Positions 41,810 through 50,513 of a stretch of 64,000 nucleotides of DNA are shown one piece after another (position 1 is the stretch's first letter; the number at the start of each line of letters is the position of its first letter). The position numbers and the translations under genes were made by a program. The notes below the pieces were generated by a model, which saw only the letters and a program-made list of their open reading frames with translations, ran no database searches and was not told the DNA's origin. This DNA comes from an uncultured Poribacteria bacterium (lineage in GTDB: Bacteria; Poribacteria; WGA-4E; WGA-3G), in assembly GCA_958296135.2 (NCBI GenBank), contig CATQHZ020000001.1, forward strand, positions 1,728,001 to 1,792,000. The letters are read 5' to 3'.

Positions 41810-42640
41810 TTACAGCCCCAATTCTATCAATTCATGGAGAGGCGCGGTGAGACGCGGCGGAGGCGCACCCAGGTCGGGCGCAACACCGCTCTCCCATTCA
41901 CCCCGGTCGAGCCCCATCGTATAGTGTGGCTCAGTCTCATCTGTGTAACTGAGGTACCGGAGCCCCGTATTCTCAAAACAAGTGAGCGCGGCATCGTTAT
42001 CTGACGGCACCTGTAGCGTGATGCGCGTCGCATCCAAGTCCTCAAACGCAAGACGGACTGCCTCGCGCATCACATCAGTGCCGTAGCCGCGGCCGCGGTA
42101 ATCCGGCCGAATCACAACGAGCACCACAACAGCAGCATCTCCCTCACAGCGGAGCAGAAGAAACCCGATAAGGACTTTTGTCCGTCGGATCTGAATTGAG
42201 AAGGCGTGGGTATGTGGCACAGTTAGCCAATGGTGCCAGTCTGCTGCAAGGGTTTCAAACGGCACGCGCGCTGGATATAGGATTTCCCGGAGTCCCGGAC
42301 GATTAATCCAGTTCCAAATTCGGCGGAGTTCGTTTTTCTCAGTGGGAGAGAGACGGATGCCGCCGCCTCGGCGGCGTTCTAATTCTCGCAATTCGCTGTG
42401 CAGGCTTTCCAATTGCGCGGCATGCATGCCGATTTGCGCGCCAGCGGCGCGGACTTTCCGTTGATTCGGCCGCTCCATGTATCGCGCTTTCTTCACCTGA
42501 TTTTGAAAGTAGACCAGCTTCTGCTCGCTTTTCTCAATGATCTGGTGCATGTTCTGAATTGCTTCATCCCACTTCTTCACCTCAGCGTCTTCGTCGCCGC
42601 TCTTTTCGGGGCCCGCGTTTTCTCTCTGAGGTTCGTTCAT
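41810..42640 (-). CDS. GNAT acetyltransferase (RimJ/RimL-like) with N-terminal coiled coil
   Basis: AAGGAGG RBS before ATG 42640; IRPDYRGRGYG, AFEDL...ITLQV..DN.AA..CFE..G. Confidence 0.82.
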   Translation of the reverse strand: MNEPQRENAGPEKSGDEDAEVKKWDEAIQNMHQIIEKSEQKLVYFQNQVKKARYMERPNQRKVRAAGAQIGMHAAQLESLHSELRELERRRGGGIRLSPTEKNELRRIWNWINRPGLREILYPARVPFETLAADWHHWLTVPHTHAFSIQIRRTKVLIGFLLLRCEGDAAVVVLVVIRPDYRGRGYGTDVMREAVRLAFEDLDATRITLQVPSDNDAALTCFENTGLRYLSYTDETEPHYTMGLDRGEWESGVAPDLGAPPPRLTAPLHELIELGL

Positions 42641-43571
42641 ATCTTCCCTCCTTAAATCCGGAGATGCGGAGATAACTCTCATATCGCATCGGTGCGATGT
42701 CGCCAACTTCAACGGCACGTTTGACTGCACACGCGGGTTCATGCCGGTGCGTGCACGCTGCGAACTTGCACTCTGGGATATACGGCCGCATCTCCGGGAA
42801 ATGGATATCCACTCCCTGTTCCTCGTCAATCTCCAGCAAGCCGAGGGTGCGGATGCCCGGCGTATCCGCGACGAACCCGCCGAATTCCAGCGGCAGCAGC
42901 ATGACTTCTGTCGTCGTATGCCGCCCTTTGTGGATGCGTTCGTCCACCTCGCCGATGCGCAGGTGGAGGCCCGGTTGCAGCGCATTGAGCAGCGAGGATT
43001 TGCCCACTCCCGATGAACCGACAATCGCCGAGATTTTATGCTGCATCACGGCGCGCAACTTTTCAATGCCGAAACCTGTCACGGTACTGGTATAAACCAC
43101 CGTATAGCCTAATTCTTCATATAATTTGAGTTCTCGCTGCACATTCTCCAACTTCGCCAAATCAAGTTTGTTAATACAGATGACCGGCTCTACTCCCGAT
43201 GCCTCCGCGGTGACGAGAAACCGGTCGAGCATCCGCAGTTTCAGCGTCGGATGCCGCGCCGCGAAGATAATGAGCAGCATTTCAAGGTTGGCGACAATCA
43301 CTTGCCGCCGCCCATCCATGCGCGTCCTGCCAAATTGCGTCTCGCGCGGGAGACACGCCTCAATGTAACCACCATCCGAGGTAGATGCAGCAACGGAAAT
43401 ACGCACCCGGTCGCCTACCGCGACGAGTTCAACGAACGGCATCTCTTTCGTTTCAGCGAGCCGCCGCTTTTCCGCTTCAATGAGGTGGTAGCGCAAGGTG
43501 CAAGTATAACACCGCTTGCCAACCTGCACTTCGTACGCGCTACCCCGCGCTTTGATGACAACGCCTTCCAT
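42582..43571 (-). CDS. rsgA: Ribosome small subunit-dependent GTPase A
   Basis: VAVGDRV, INKLDL, GSSGVGKSSLLN, GRHTTT, DTPGIR, CKF..C.H..EP.CAV zinc finger. Confidence 0.96.
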   Translation of the reverse strand: MEGVVIKARGSAYEVQVGKRCYTCTLRYHLIEAEKRRLAETKEMPFVELVAVGDRVRISVAASTSDGGYIEACLPRETQFGRTRMDGRRQVIVANLEMLLIIFAARHPTLKLRMLDRFLVTAEASGVEPVICINKLDLAKLENVQRELKLYEELGYTVVYTSTVTGFGIEKLRAVMQHKISAIVGSSGVGKSSLLNALQPGLHLRIGEVDERIHKGRHTTTEVMLLPLEFGGFVADTPGIRTLGLLEIDEEQGVDIHFPEMRPYIPECKFAACTHRHEPACAVKRAVEVGDIAPMRYESYLRISGFKEGRYERTSERKRGPRKERRRRR

Positions 43572-43729
43572 AGCCTTTCGTCCTAGAATTGCCGCTCAGG
43601 GCTCATAGGCGCGCTTTCAAAGCGCGCCTACCTCATGTTATCAGGCCCTCGCGATGCCAGGCAGCACGCGGGGGACAGCCCCCCGCCCTACGTGACAAGG
43701 GCCCGTAACCTCAGGTTATCGGAGAGCCG

Positions 43730-43984
43730 CTACGCGCCCGGGTTCCGCCAGATGATACGCCCACGCGTCAGGTCATACGGCGATAACTCCACCGTCACCT
43801 GGTCTCCGGGGAGAACCCAGATTTTGTGCTGCACCAGCTTGCCAGCCAGATACGCCACAGCCTTATATTCGTTTTCCAACTTCACACGAAACAGGTTCCC
43901 CGGCAGCGATTCAAGAACCTCTCCAGGGACCCGGATGGCCGTATTTTTCACGGCCTGCTTGCGGGTTACATTTCTATTCTTCAT
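43730..43984 (-). CDS. infA: Translation initiation factor IF-1, divergent
   Basis: GEVLESLP..LFRVKLEN...GK...LPGDQVTVELSPYDLTRGRI; start taken as ATG 43984. Confidence 0.85.
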   Translation of the reverse strand: MKNRNVTRKQAVKNTAIRVPGEVLESLPGNLFRVKLENEYKAVAYLAGKLVQHKIWVLPGDQVTVELSPYDLTRGRIIWRNPGA

Positions 43985-44258
43985 TGTTTCGGTTCCTTTC
44001 GTAATCACACGGGTTTTTAATCTCTTCACTTTAACACCTACTTGGATGCATTTTTTAACGTAACTTTCAATAAAAACGTTGACCTCTGTTTGCAAAACTG
44101 TTAAAATAAATTAGATTTTACGCGGACTAACTCCGGTAGGCGCGGTTTGAAACAGCACCTACCGGGAGAGAATTAAGGCGTTCGCGTAAGGCCCGATAAA
44201 TAAGCATTCAGAAAAATATAAGGGCGGCACCTCAGGCTGTCCGCAACGATGGAGGAAA

Positions 44259-45068
44259 ATGTCAATGTCTCAAGCCTTACCGCTTACCGCCTACACCGAA
44301 TTGGCACAGCAGGTTACGGCGATGGAAGAGGACGGCTACGCTTACCTGCCAAAGGTTATTGATGACGAGCAACTAGCGGAACTCCGCGATGCTATGGATC
44401 GGCTCACCGCTATCCCCGAAAGTTTCGACCGGCACAGCGTTTCACAGAACGGCGAAGGGTTTCTTAACAAACATATCAACAACGCCTTTAATCGCGACCC
44501 GGTTTTCCTGCAATACCTTGATATGTCACCTGTCATTGAGTTAGCAGAGGCAGTCCACGGCGACGATTGCCACGTCATCGGGATGACCGCGTGGATGACG
44601 GGCCCCGGCCGCCCAGACCAGGGTTTGCACACAGATTGGCTGCCCATCCCGCTTCCGGTAGACGTTTTGGCGGATAAACGCGTGAAGGTGCCAATTTTCA
44701 TCACCACCGCGCACTACTATCTCGATGAGCTCTATGAAGAACTGGGTCCGACGAAGTTCGTCCCGGGCAGCCACCTTTCAGGCAGAAGACCGGATGGCGA
44801 GACAGAGTGGAAGGGTGCACAGGAGAAAAGCATCCTCTGCAATGCCGGCGACGTAGTGATTTTCCGCAGCGAAGTCTGGCACAGAGGCACCGCCAATCAC
44901 AGCAACCAGACCCGGTATTTGTTGCAGGTGCATTACGCGAATCGGATGATAACCCAGAAATTCCCGCCGTATCTGAACCGGTTTCAGTTCGATGAAGCCA
45001 TTCTGGACCAGGCAAACGAACGCCAACAGCGGTTGATGGGCAACCATCGTCCGGGGGCTTACGATTAA
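44259..45068 (+). CDS. PhyH-family dioxygenase
   Basis: EDGY, LHTD (HxD), GPTKFVPGSH, VWHRG. Confidence 0.9.
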   Translation: MSMSQALPLTAYTELAQQVTAMEEDGYAYLPKVIDDEQLAELRDAMDRLTAIPESFDRHSVSQNGEGFLNKHINNAFNRDPVFLQYLDMSPVIELAEAVHGDDCHVIGMTAWMTGPGRPDQGLHTDWLPIPLPVDVLADKRVKVPIFITTAHYYLDELYEELGPTKFVPGSHLSGRRPDGETEWKGAQEKSILCNAGDVVIFRSEVWHRGTANHSNQTRYLLQVHYANRMITQKFPPYLNRFQFDEAILDQANERQQRLMGNHRPGAYD

Positions 45069-45187
45069 GCATCGCTCAGTACCGTAGCGCGAGGGAAAAC
45101 CTATCCCTCGCGATGCTCCGGTGATGGCGGGGGACAGGCCCCGCCCTACGGGCTAAGGGCCGTTATCGCCTATCTACACGAACATCT

Positions 45188-46120
45188 ATGAAAAAAACGG
45201 CACAACTTTACATCAGAAGCGAGGAGCCAACCGGCAAAATCATCGTCCTCTCGCTGGTTCTCGCTGTCCTTTGGGGTGGGAATTCGCTCTCAATCAAAAT
45301 CAGTCTACAAGATTTGCCGCCCCTAGGACTTGCATTCCTGCGCTTTGGATTAGGGTTAATCGCCGTTGGCGGCTGGGCATTTTACCGTGGCATCTCCCTG
45401 AGGCCGCGCCGCGGTGAATTGCCCAAACTGCTCGTGCTCGCGGCCATTTTTTTGATGCAGGTTGTCGCGCTGAACGTCGGCACGCACTTCACGACTGCCT
45501 CGCGCTCAACGATTTTCATCAACGCGTATCCGTTTTTCACTGCACTGTTTGCGCACCTCTGGATACCGAGTGAACGGCTCACTGTGCCAAAAACGCTCGG
45601 CATTTTGGTGGCGTTCATCGGTGTTGTCGCCACGGTTGCACCGAGCTTGCAAGAAGGGTTCACGGCAACGGAAGGCGCGCTCGCAAGAACCGCTTTAATC
45701 GGCGACTTGGTGGTGCTTATCAGCGGCGGGTTTTTGGGGCTCCGCGTTGTCGTTACCAAACGGATGATTCAGTCCATTCATCCGTATCGACTGCTCGTTT
45801 GGATGTTGATGCTGGGGTTACCGTGCTTTTTAACGCTGAGTTTGCTGTTAGAGCGCGGCGAAACTTTCCAATGGACTACGCCGGGGGTTGCCGCGCTCTT
45901 CTATCAAGGATGGGTTATCGCCGGTGCCTGCTACCTCGCGTGGACGACGATTTTGGAACGCTACAGCGCGAGCAAACTCGTCGTGCTCTTTTTCGCCACG
46001 CCATTGGCAGGTGTGTTATTGAGCCATCTGCTGATGGGTGATGAATTGACGTTGAGTCTGTTAGTCGGCTCGGTGTTGGTAGCGGGAGGGATTTATCTCG
46101 TGAATATCCGACGGCGTTGA
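45188..46120 (+). CDS. DMT/EamA transporter
   Basis: LWGGN, LRF, two five-helix EamA repeats. Confidence 0.9.
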   Translation: MKKTAQLYIRSEEPTGKIIVLSLVLAVLWGGNSLSIKISLQDLPPLGLAFLRFGLGLIAVGGWAFYRGISLRPRRGELPKLLVLAAIFLMQVVALNVGTHFTTASRSTIFINAYPFFTALFAHLWIPSERLTVPKTLGILVAFIGVVATVAPSLQEGFTATEGALARTALIGDLVVLISGGFLGLRVVVTKRMIQSIHPYRLLVWMLMLGLPCFLTLSLLLERGETFQWTTPGVAALFYQGWVIAGACYLAWTTILERYSASKLVVLFFATPLAGVLLSHLLMGDELTLSLLVGSVLVAGGIYLVNIRRR

Positions 46121-46210
46121 CGCGCCGAGAACAGCCCGGCGCGGGACAGGCCCTCGCGAGCACTCGCGTACCCCCAGCAGCACAACGAAATGAAAACGCC
46201 TAAGCCGCAA

Positions 46211-47260
46211 TTATTGTTCCAGATAATTCTCATTAATATAGCGCGCGATCTGCTCAATTTCCGGCTCTTCTAAATAAAGCCCGTGCTCTATCATTCGCGT
46301 AATCACCTCGGTTGTTTCCTCTTCAGAGCGCGGTGGGTAATCCTCAACATCGGTAATCGGATGGCACTGCGAGCACTTGTCCTCAAACAACACCTTCGCC
46401 GCTGCCGCATCGTAGGTATCGGGAGTCTCCTCGGTTGCCATCACGAGTGCAGCGGTTTGCACGGCAGCCTTCGCTTCATCTGCCTGCATCTGTTGCTGCC
46501 GCTGCTGCTTCACCGAGGTCTGGATATCCGGCGTAATAGCGATGAGATAGGCTGATACGCTCCACTCCTCTTCACGGTGAATTGGTTCCCCGATAACCGG
46601 TTTCATCGCCATGCGGTTGACAAGGCGCACCCAGTCCGGCGGCGTGCGCGGCTTCGCCAGAATCGTGCGCAAATCGTGACAGACGACGCATTTGCGCTGC
46701 AAGACTTTCTGCCCATCCTGTAACTTCCGCTTTGAAGCGAGCTCATCAAGCGGTGTATCAGGCGGTAACCCGGCGGTTTCAAGCAATTGGCGCGTGCGCG
46801 CGATGCCCTCCTCACTAAACGCGCCTGTCTGTGTCCGCAACGCGGCCTCCCGGAAGGTAAACGGCACTGATAACCCGATCAGGAGATAAGTGCAGAGTAA
46901 CAGTGCCGTGCCGAGGTAAGGCATCGACTCCTCAAAGTGCCGGAAGAACCGCAGGATAGCGATTTTGACGAGGATCAGCACGCCAATCGTAATGCCGAGC
47001 ATCAGATGTGCGACGGTGCGCGGCGGCAACTCCACTTGGTAATTCCACAGCCGCGGCACCATGTGCCACATCATAAAAACATAGAGTAGCGCATACGCAT
47101 AACCAATGAGCCGATGCAGGAGCATCAGCGATGGCGGTGCCTCACTGGTGCGCGTCGCTTTGTCAAACGGGTAGCCCCACAACTTGAACATCAAAAAAAC
47201 GGACGCATTGGCAAGCCCCAGAAAAACGAGCCCCAACAGCGCGCTGAGTGAAGTAGACAT
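46211..47260 (-). CDS. Membrane-anchored diheme cytochrome c
   Basis: Four N-terminal TM helices with His (HRLIG, AHLMLG); CVVCH...W..LV.RM and CSQCH...VITRM domains. Confidence 0.8.
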   Translation of the reverse strand: MSTSLSALLGLVFLGLANASVFLMFKLWGYPFDKATRTSEAPPSLMLLHRLIGYAYALLYVFMMWHMVPRLWNYQVELPPRTVAHLMLGITIGVLILVKIAILRFFRHFEESMPYLGTALLLCTYLLIGLSVPFTFREAALRTQTGAFSEEGIARTRQLLETAGLPPDTPLDELASKRKLQDGQKVLQRKCVVCHDLRTILAKPRTPPDWVRLVNRMAMKPVIGEPIHREEEWSVSAYLIAITPDIQTSVKQQRQQQMQADEAKAAVQTAALVMATEETPDTYDAAAAKVLFEDKCSQCHPITDVEDYPPRSEEETTEVITRMIEHGLYLEEPEIEQIARYINENYLEQ

Positions 47261-47438
47261 ATTGAATTCTCCTTCCTTAACTTATACCTAATTCATTTGA
47301 TTCGGCTCACATCTGTAGGAAAACCAGATCGCCCGAGTTTGACCAGGGTGATTCAGTTTTCCCCTGCTGTAGTTCGGGCTCGTTTGGCACGGGTGCCTGA
47401 GCTTCAGACGAGCCCGAACTCCTCAGGTTCATTGGGTG

Positions 47439-48236
47439 TTATTCTAAAAACGGCCGGTTTAAGCGGGAATGATACGGCGGTTCCATGACAGCCCGCTGAC
47501 GTTCGTTCGCCCACTCCGGCACTGGAGATGCGGGCACATACGCCATATTGCCCGCGGTGTAGCGCGTCAAAATGGAGCGGCGCGGATGCGCTGCTGTCCA
47601 CGGCAGCGTCCCGTGCGTCACCGCCTCCGTGAAAATCACGACATCCCCCGCGTTGCACACAACCTGCCGGATATGCTCCTGGTGCTTCTGATACAGGCGC
47701 ATCTCTTGCGGACAACGGTAGTTGCTCTTATGGCTGCCGGGGATAACGATGAGCCCCCCGGCCCCGGGCGGCACCTCGGTCAACTGAAACGTCACCACTG
47801 TCAAGCCGTTGTGCATCCGTCCGTCCCGAAAGATGTAATACTGATTCGGATCGAAGCCGGGCCCGGAGGAACCGTGGAAAATGAAGCCCTCCGCGCCTTT
47901 GGCCATTGAAATCAGGAACATCTGATGATCCATGCGGAAACCCTTGCCCAATATCACGTTGAGATAGGGGACAAGCGTCGGATGCGCCAGCATGTGCCGG
48001 AACGGATCGCACCACGGTGCCTCCCAGCCGAGCATTCCGCCCAATTCGCCGCGCCCTTCTGTGCCACTCAACTCCGGTGAACCGCCATCAAGCGTTTGCT
48101 CAGGAGGACGAATTCGGCCTTGGTGGCTGTGCCTATCGATAGCTTCGTTAGCGAGTGCCACCTCTTCCGGCGTTAGCACATCTTTAATCACAAGGTAGCC
48201 GTTCAAGTCAAAGAGATATTTTTCATCGGCGTTCAT
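47439..48236 (-). CDS. PhyH-family Fe(II)/2OG enzyme, HGS variant
   Basis: FDLNGYLVIKDVL, FHGS in place of HxD, IPGSHK, THGT, RR. Confidence 0.87.
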   Translation of the reverse strand: MNADEKYLFDLNGYLVIKDVLTPEEVALANEAIDRHSHQGRIRPPEQTLDGGSPELSGTEGRGELGGMLGWEAPWCDPFRHMLAHPTLVPYLNVILGKGFRMDHQMFLISMAKGAEGFIFHGSSGPGFDPNQYYIFRDGRMHNGLTVVTFQLTEVPPGAGGLIVIPGSHKSNYRCPQEMRLYQKHQEHIRQVVCNAGDVVIFTEAVTHGTLPWTAAHPRRSILTRYTAGNMAYVPASPVPEWANERQRAVMEPPYHSRLNRPFLE

Positions 48237-48310
48237 CTTTGGTTCTCCTTATGGCTTTCATTGCCACGTCGGGCGCGGGCTTGTGCCTCGCCTTGAGCTC
48301 GCGGGGGACA

Positions 48311-48360
48311 GTGGACATCTCTGCAGCCTCGCCGCAGAGATGACAAAGTTTCGGCGTAAC
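48311..48360 (+). mobile_element. 50-bp hairpin element inserted into REP family A loop (MITE-like)
   Basis: GTGGACATCTCTGCAG-N5-CTGCAGAGATG...GT(G/A)AC; copies at 3843-3892, 5302-5351, 24271-24320, ~41703-41752, 48311-48360. Confidence 0.7.
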
Positions 48361-48408
48361 GGCCCCCGCGCTACGGGCACCGTCGCGTCTTTTCAAATTC
48401 ATTAGGTA

Positions 48409-49536
48409 TTACACCGCATAGGCAACCGAACCGTCTTCTCGCAACGGCGTTGTGCCGGTGTTCATCGGTTGATAGGGGGTCTCCGCAATCAGACTATCGT
48501 CCAATTCAATGCCCAAACCCGGTGCCTCTGGAATGGGGATATAGCCGCCTTCGCGCTGATAGGCCACTTTGAAGACAGCGAAGTCCGAAGATTCGTCTGC
48601 CTTAGTGTATTCCTGCGTGATGAAATTCGGGATGCTGGTATCCAAGTGTAGCGAAGCCGCCGTGATGAGCGGACCGAGGAAGTTATGCGTAACCACCGCG
48701 CTGTGATACGCTTCCGCAATCGCCGCAATCTTCTTGCAGTGTGTTAAACCGCCGGCTAATCCGACATCGGGCCGGACATACTGCGGTCCGCCAGCCTCTA
48801 GCAATTCACGGAATTCCCAGATAGTTGTAAACCGCTCACCGTTGCCGACGGGGCTCGTCATCCGTTTCGCGAGCTCCGCCTGCGTCTTGATAGTATCGAT
48901 TTGAATCGGGTCTTCAACGAAATAGAGGTTAAACGGAGCGAGTGCCGATTCCAATACGATGCTGTTCATCGGTGTGAGTTTCCGATGCACCTCAATGATG
49001 AGATCCAGATCTGGGCCGCCGCCTTCGCGCGCCGCGGCAACCAGGTCGCGAGCAGTTTTGACGAGTCTATCCACCGCCATATCCTGAAAACCGCCGACGA
49101 GCGGGTCGAACTTCAGTGCCGTGAAACCTTCTTCAACAGCCGCCTTCGCGGCTTCAAACATCGTCTCCGGCGTATTCCCGCCGCCAAGCAGATGCAAGCG
49201 GATTTTATCACGGCAGTTGCCGCCCAATAATTCCCAAATCGGCACGCCGAAGTGCTTGCCCTTGATGTCCCACAACGCGATATCCACCGCACTGATAGCG
49301 CCGCTGAGCACAGTGCCGCGGAACGGCCCCATCCGATAGAGATACTGCCAGTGGTGTTCAATCCGCAACGGATTCTGCCCGATGAGATATTTCTCAAAGG
49401 TGTTGACGATTTTTTCAACCGCCTCCGGGTAGCCCCAGCACGCGGTCTGCCCCACGCCGCTGATGCCGGTATCCGTATGGATGCGTAGCACATAACCGTT
49501 TCCCATCAGAAACGAATCAATTTTGTCAATTTTCAT
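48409..49536 (-). CDS. Galactonate dehydratase-like mandelate racemase family enzyme
   Basis: TDTGISGVG, AVDIALWDIKGK, LKFDP, EVHRK, VEDP, GER, RPDV. Confidence 0.9.
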   Translation of the reverse strand: MKIDKIDSFLMGNGYVLRIHTDTGISGVGQTACWGYPEAVEKIVNTFEKYLIGQNPLRIEHHWQYLYRMGPFRGTVLSGAISAVDIALWDIKGKHFGVPIWELLGGNCRDKIRLHLLGGGNTPETMFEAAKAAVEEGFTALKFDPLVGGFQDMAVDRLVKTARDLVAAAREGGGPDLDLIIEVHRKLTPMNSIVLESALAPFNLYFVEDPIQIDTIKTQAELAKRMTSPVGNGERFTTIWEFRELLEAGGPQYVRPDVGLAGGLTHCKKIAAIAEAYHSAVVTHNFLGPLITAASLHLDTSIPNFITQEYTKADESSDFAVFKVAYQREGGYIPIPEAPGLGIELDDSLIAETPYQPMNTGTTPLREDGSVAYAV

Positions 49537-49618
49537 GTCGTCCTCCTTTCGAGAATCCTATCACAAGCGCGCAAAATTTGCAAGAAAAATGTGTGAAACG
49601 AGGAACGCCGCCCCCACC

Positions 49619-50512
49619 CGTAGCGCGAGGGCCCGGCGATCGCGAATCGCCGAGGGTTTCCCTCGCGATCTCTCGACGACACGAAAAACGCCACTGTTAC
49701 CGTAGCGCGAGGGCCCGGCGATCACGAATCGCCGAGGGTTTCCCCCGCGATCTCTCGACCTACGCGAAAACCGTCCGGCCCCTGGGCTTCGGCTGTTTTT
49801 TGATGCGATCGAGCACGGCGAGGCACAGGACCTCGCCCTACGGGCCACGGGGCCGCTTTGCTTCCGCTCAACGACACGAAAAACGCCACTGTTACCGTAG
49901 CGCGAGGGCCCGGCGATCGCGAATCGCCGAGGGTTCCCCTCGCGATCTCTCGACCTACGCGAAAACCGTCCGCAGCTCAGAGGCCCCGGACGGTTTTTCT
50001 TTAGACCGATGCCTGGCGAGGCACAGGCCCTCGCCCTACGGGCCGCGGGGCCGATTCGCTTCCGCTCATCGACACGAAAAACGCCCGCAACCCTGAGGCC
50101 GCGAACGCTTTCTGATGCGCTCGGTGCACGGCGAGGGACAGGCCCTCGCCCTACGGTTTGAGCGGCATTTTTAGTCCCCGTAGCGCGAGGGCCTGTCCCT
50201 CGCGAGCACTCAACGACACGAAAAACGCCACTGTTACCGTAGCGCGAGGGCCCGGCGATCGCGAATCGCCGAGGGTTTCCCTCGCGATCTCTCGACCTAC
50301 GCGAAAACCGTCCGCAGCTCAGAGGCCCCGGACGGTTTTTCTTTAGACCGATGCCTGGCGAGGCACAGGACCTCGCCCTACGGGCTGCGGGGCCGCTTTG
50401 CTTCCGCTCAACGAAACGGAAAACGCCCGCAGCCCCGAGCCCGCGAACGCTTTCTGATGCGATCGAGCACGGCGAGGGACAGGCCCTCGCCCTACGGTAA
50501 CAGTGGCGTTTT
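49619..50512. repeat. BIME-like mosaic of ten GTAG-type REP palindromes with recurring linkers
   Basis: Forward GTAGCGCGAGGG.. at about 49620, 49702, 49897, 50180, 50239; reverse ..CCTCGCCCTAC ending about 49841, 50039, 50154, 50381, 50495; linkers such as ACGACACGAAAAACGCCACTGTTAC recur. Confidence 0.9.
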
Positions 50513-50513
50513 C

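Noticed and set aside
49619-50512. CRISPR array
   Set aside because: Repeats occur in both orientations, spacers are reused rather than unique, spacing is irregular and no cas genes are present; it is a REP mosaic.
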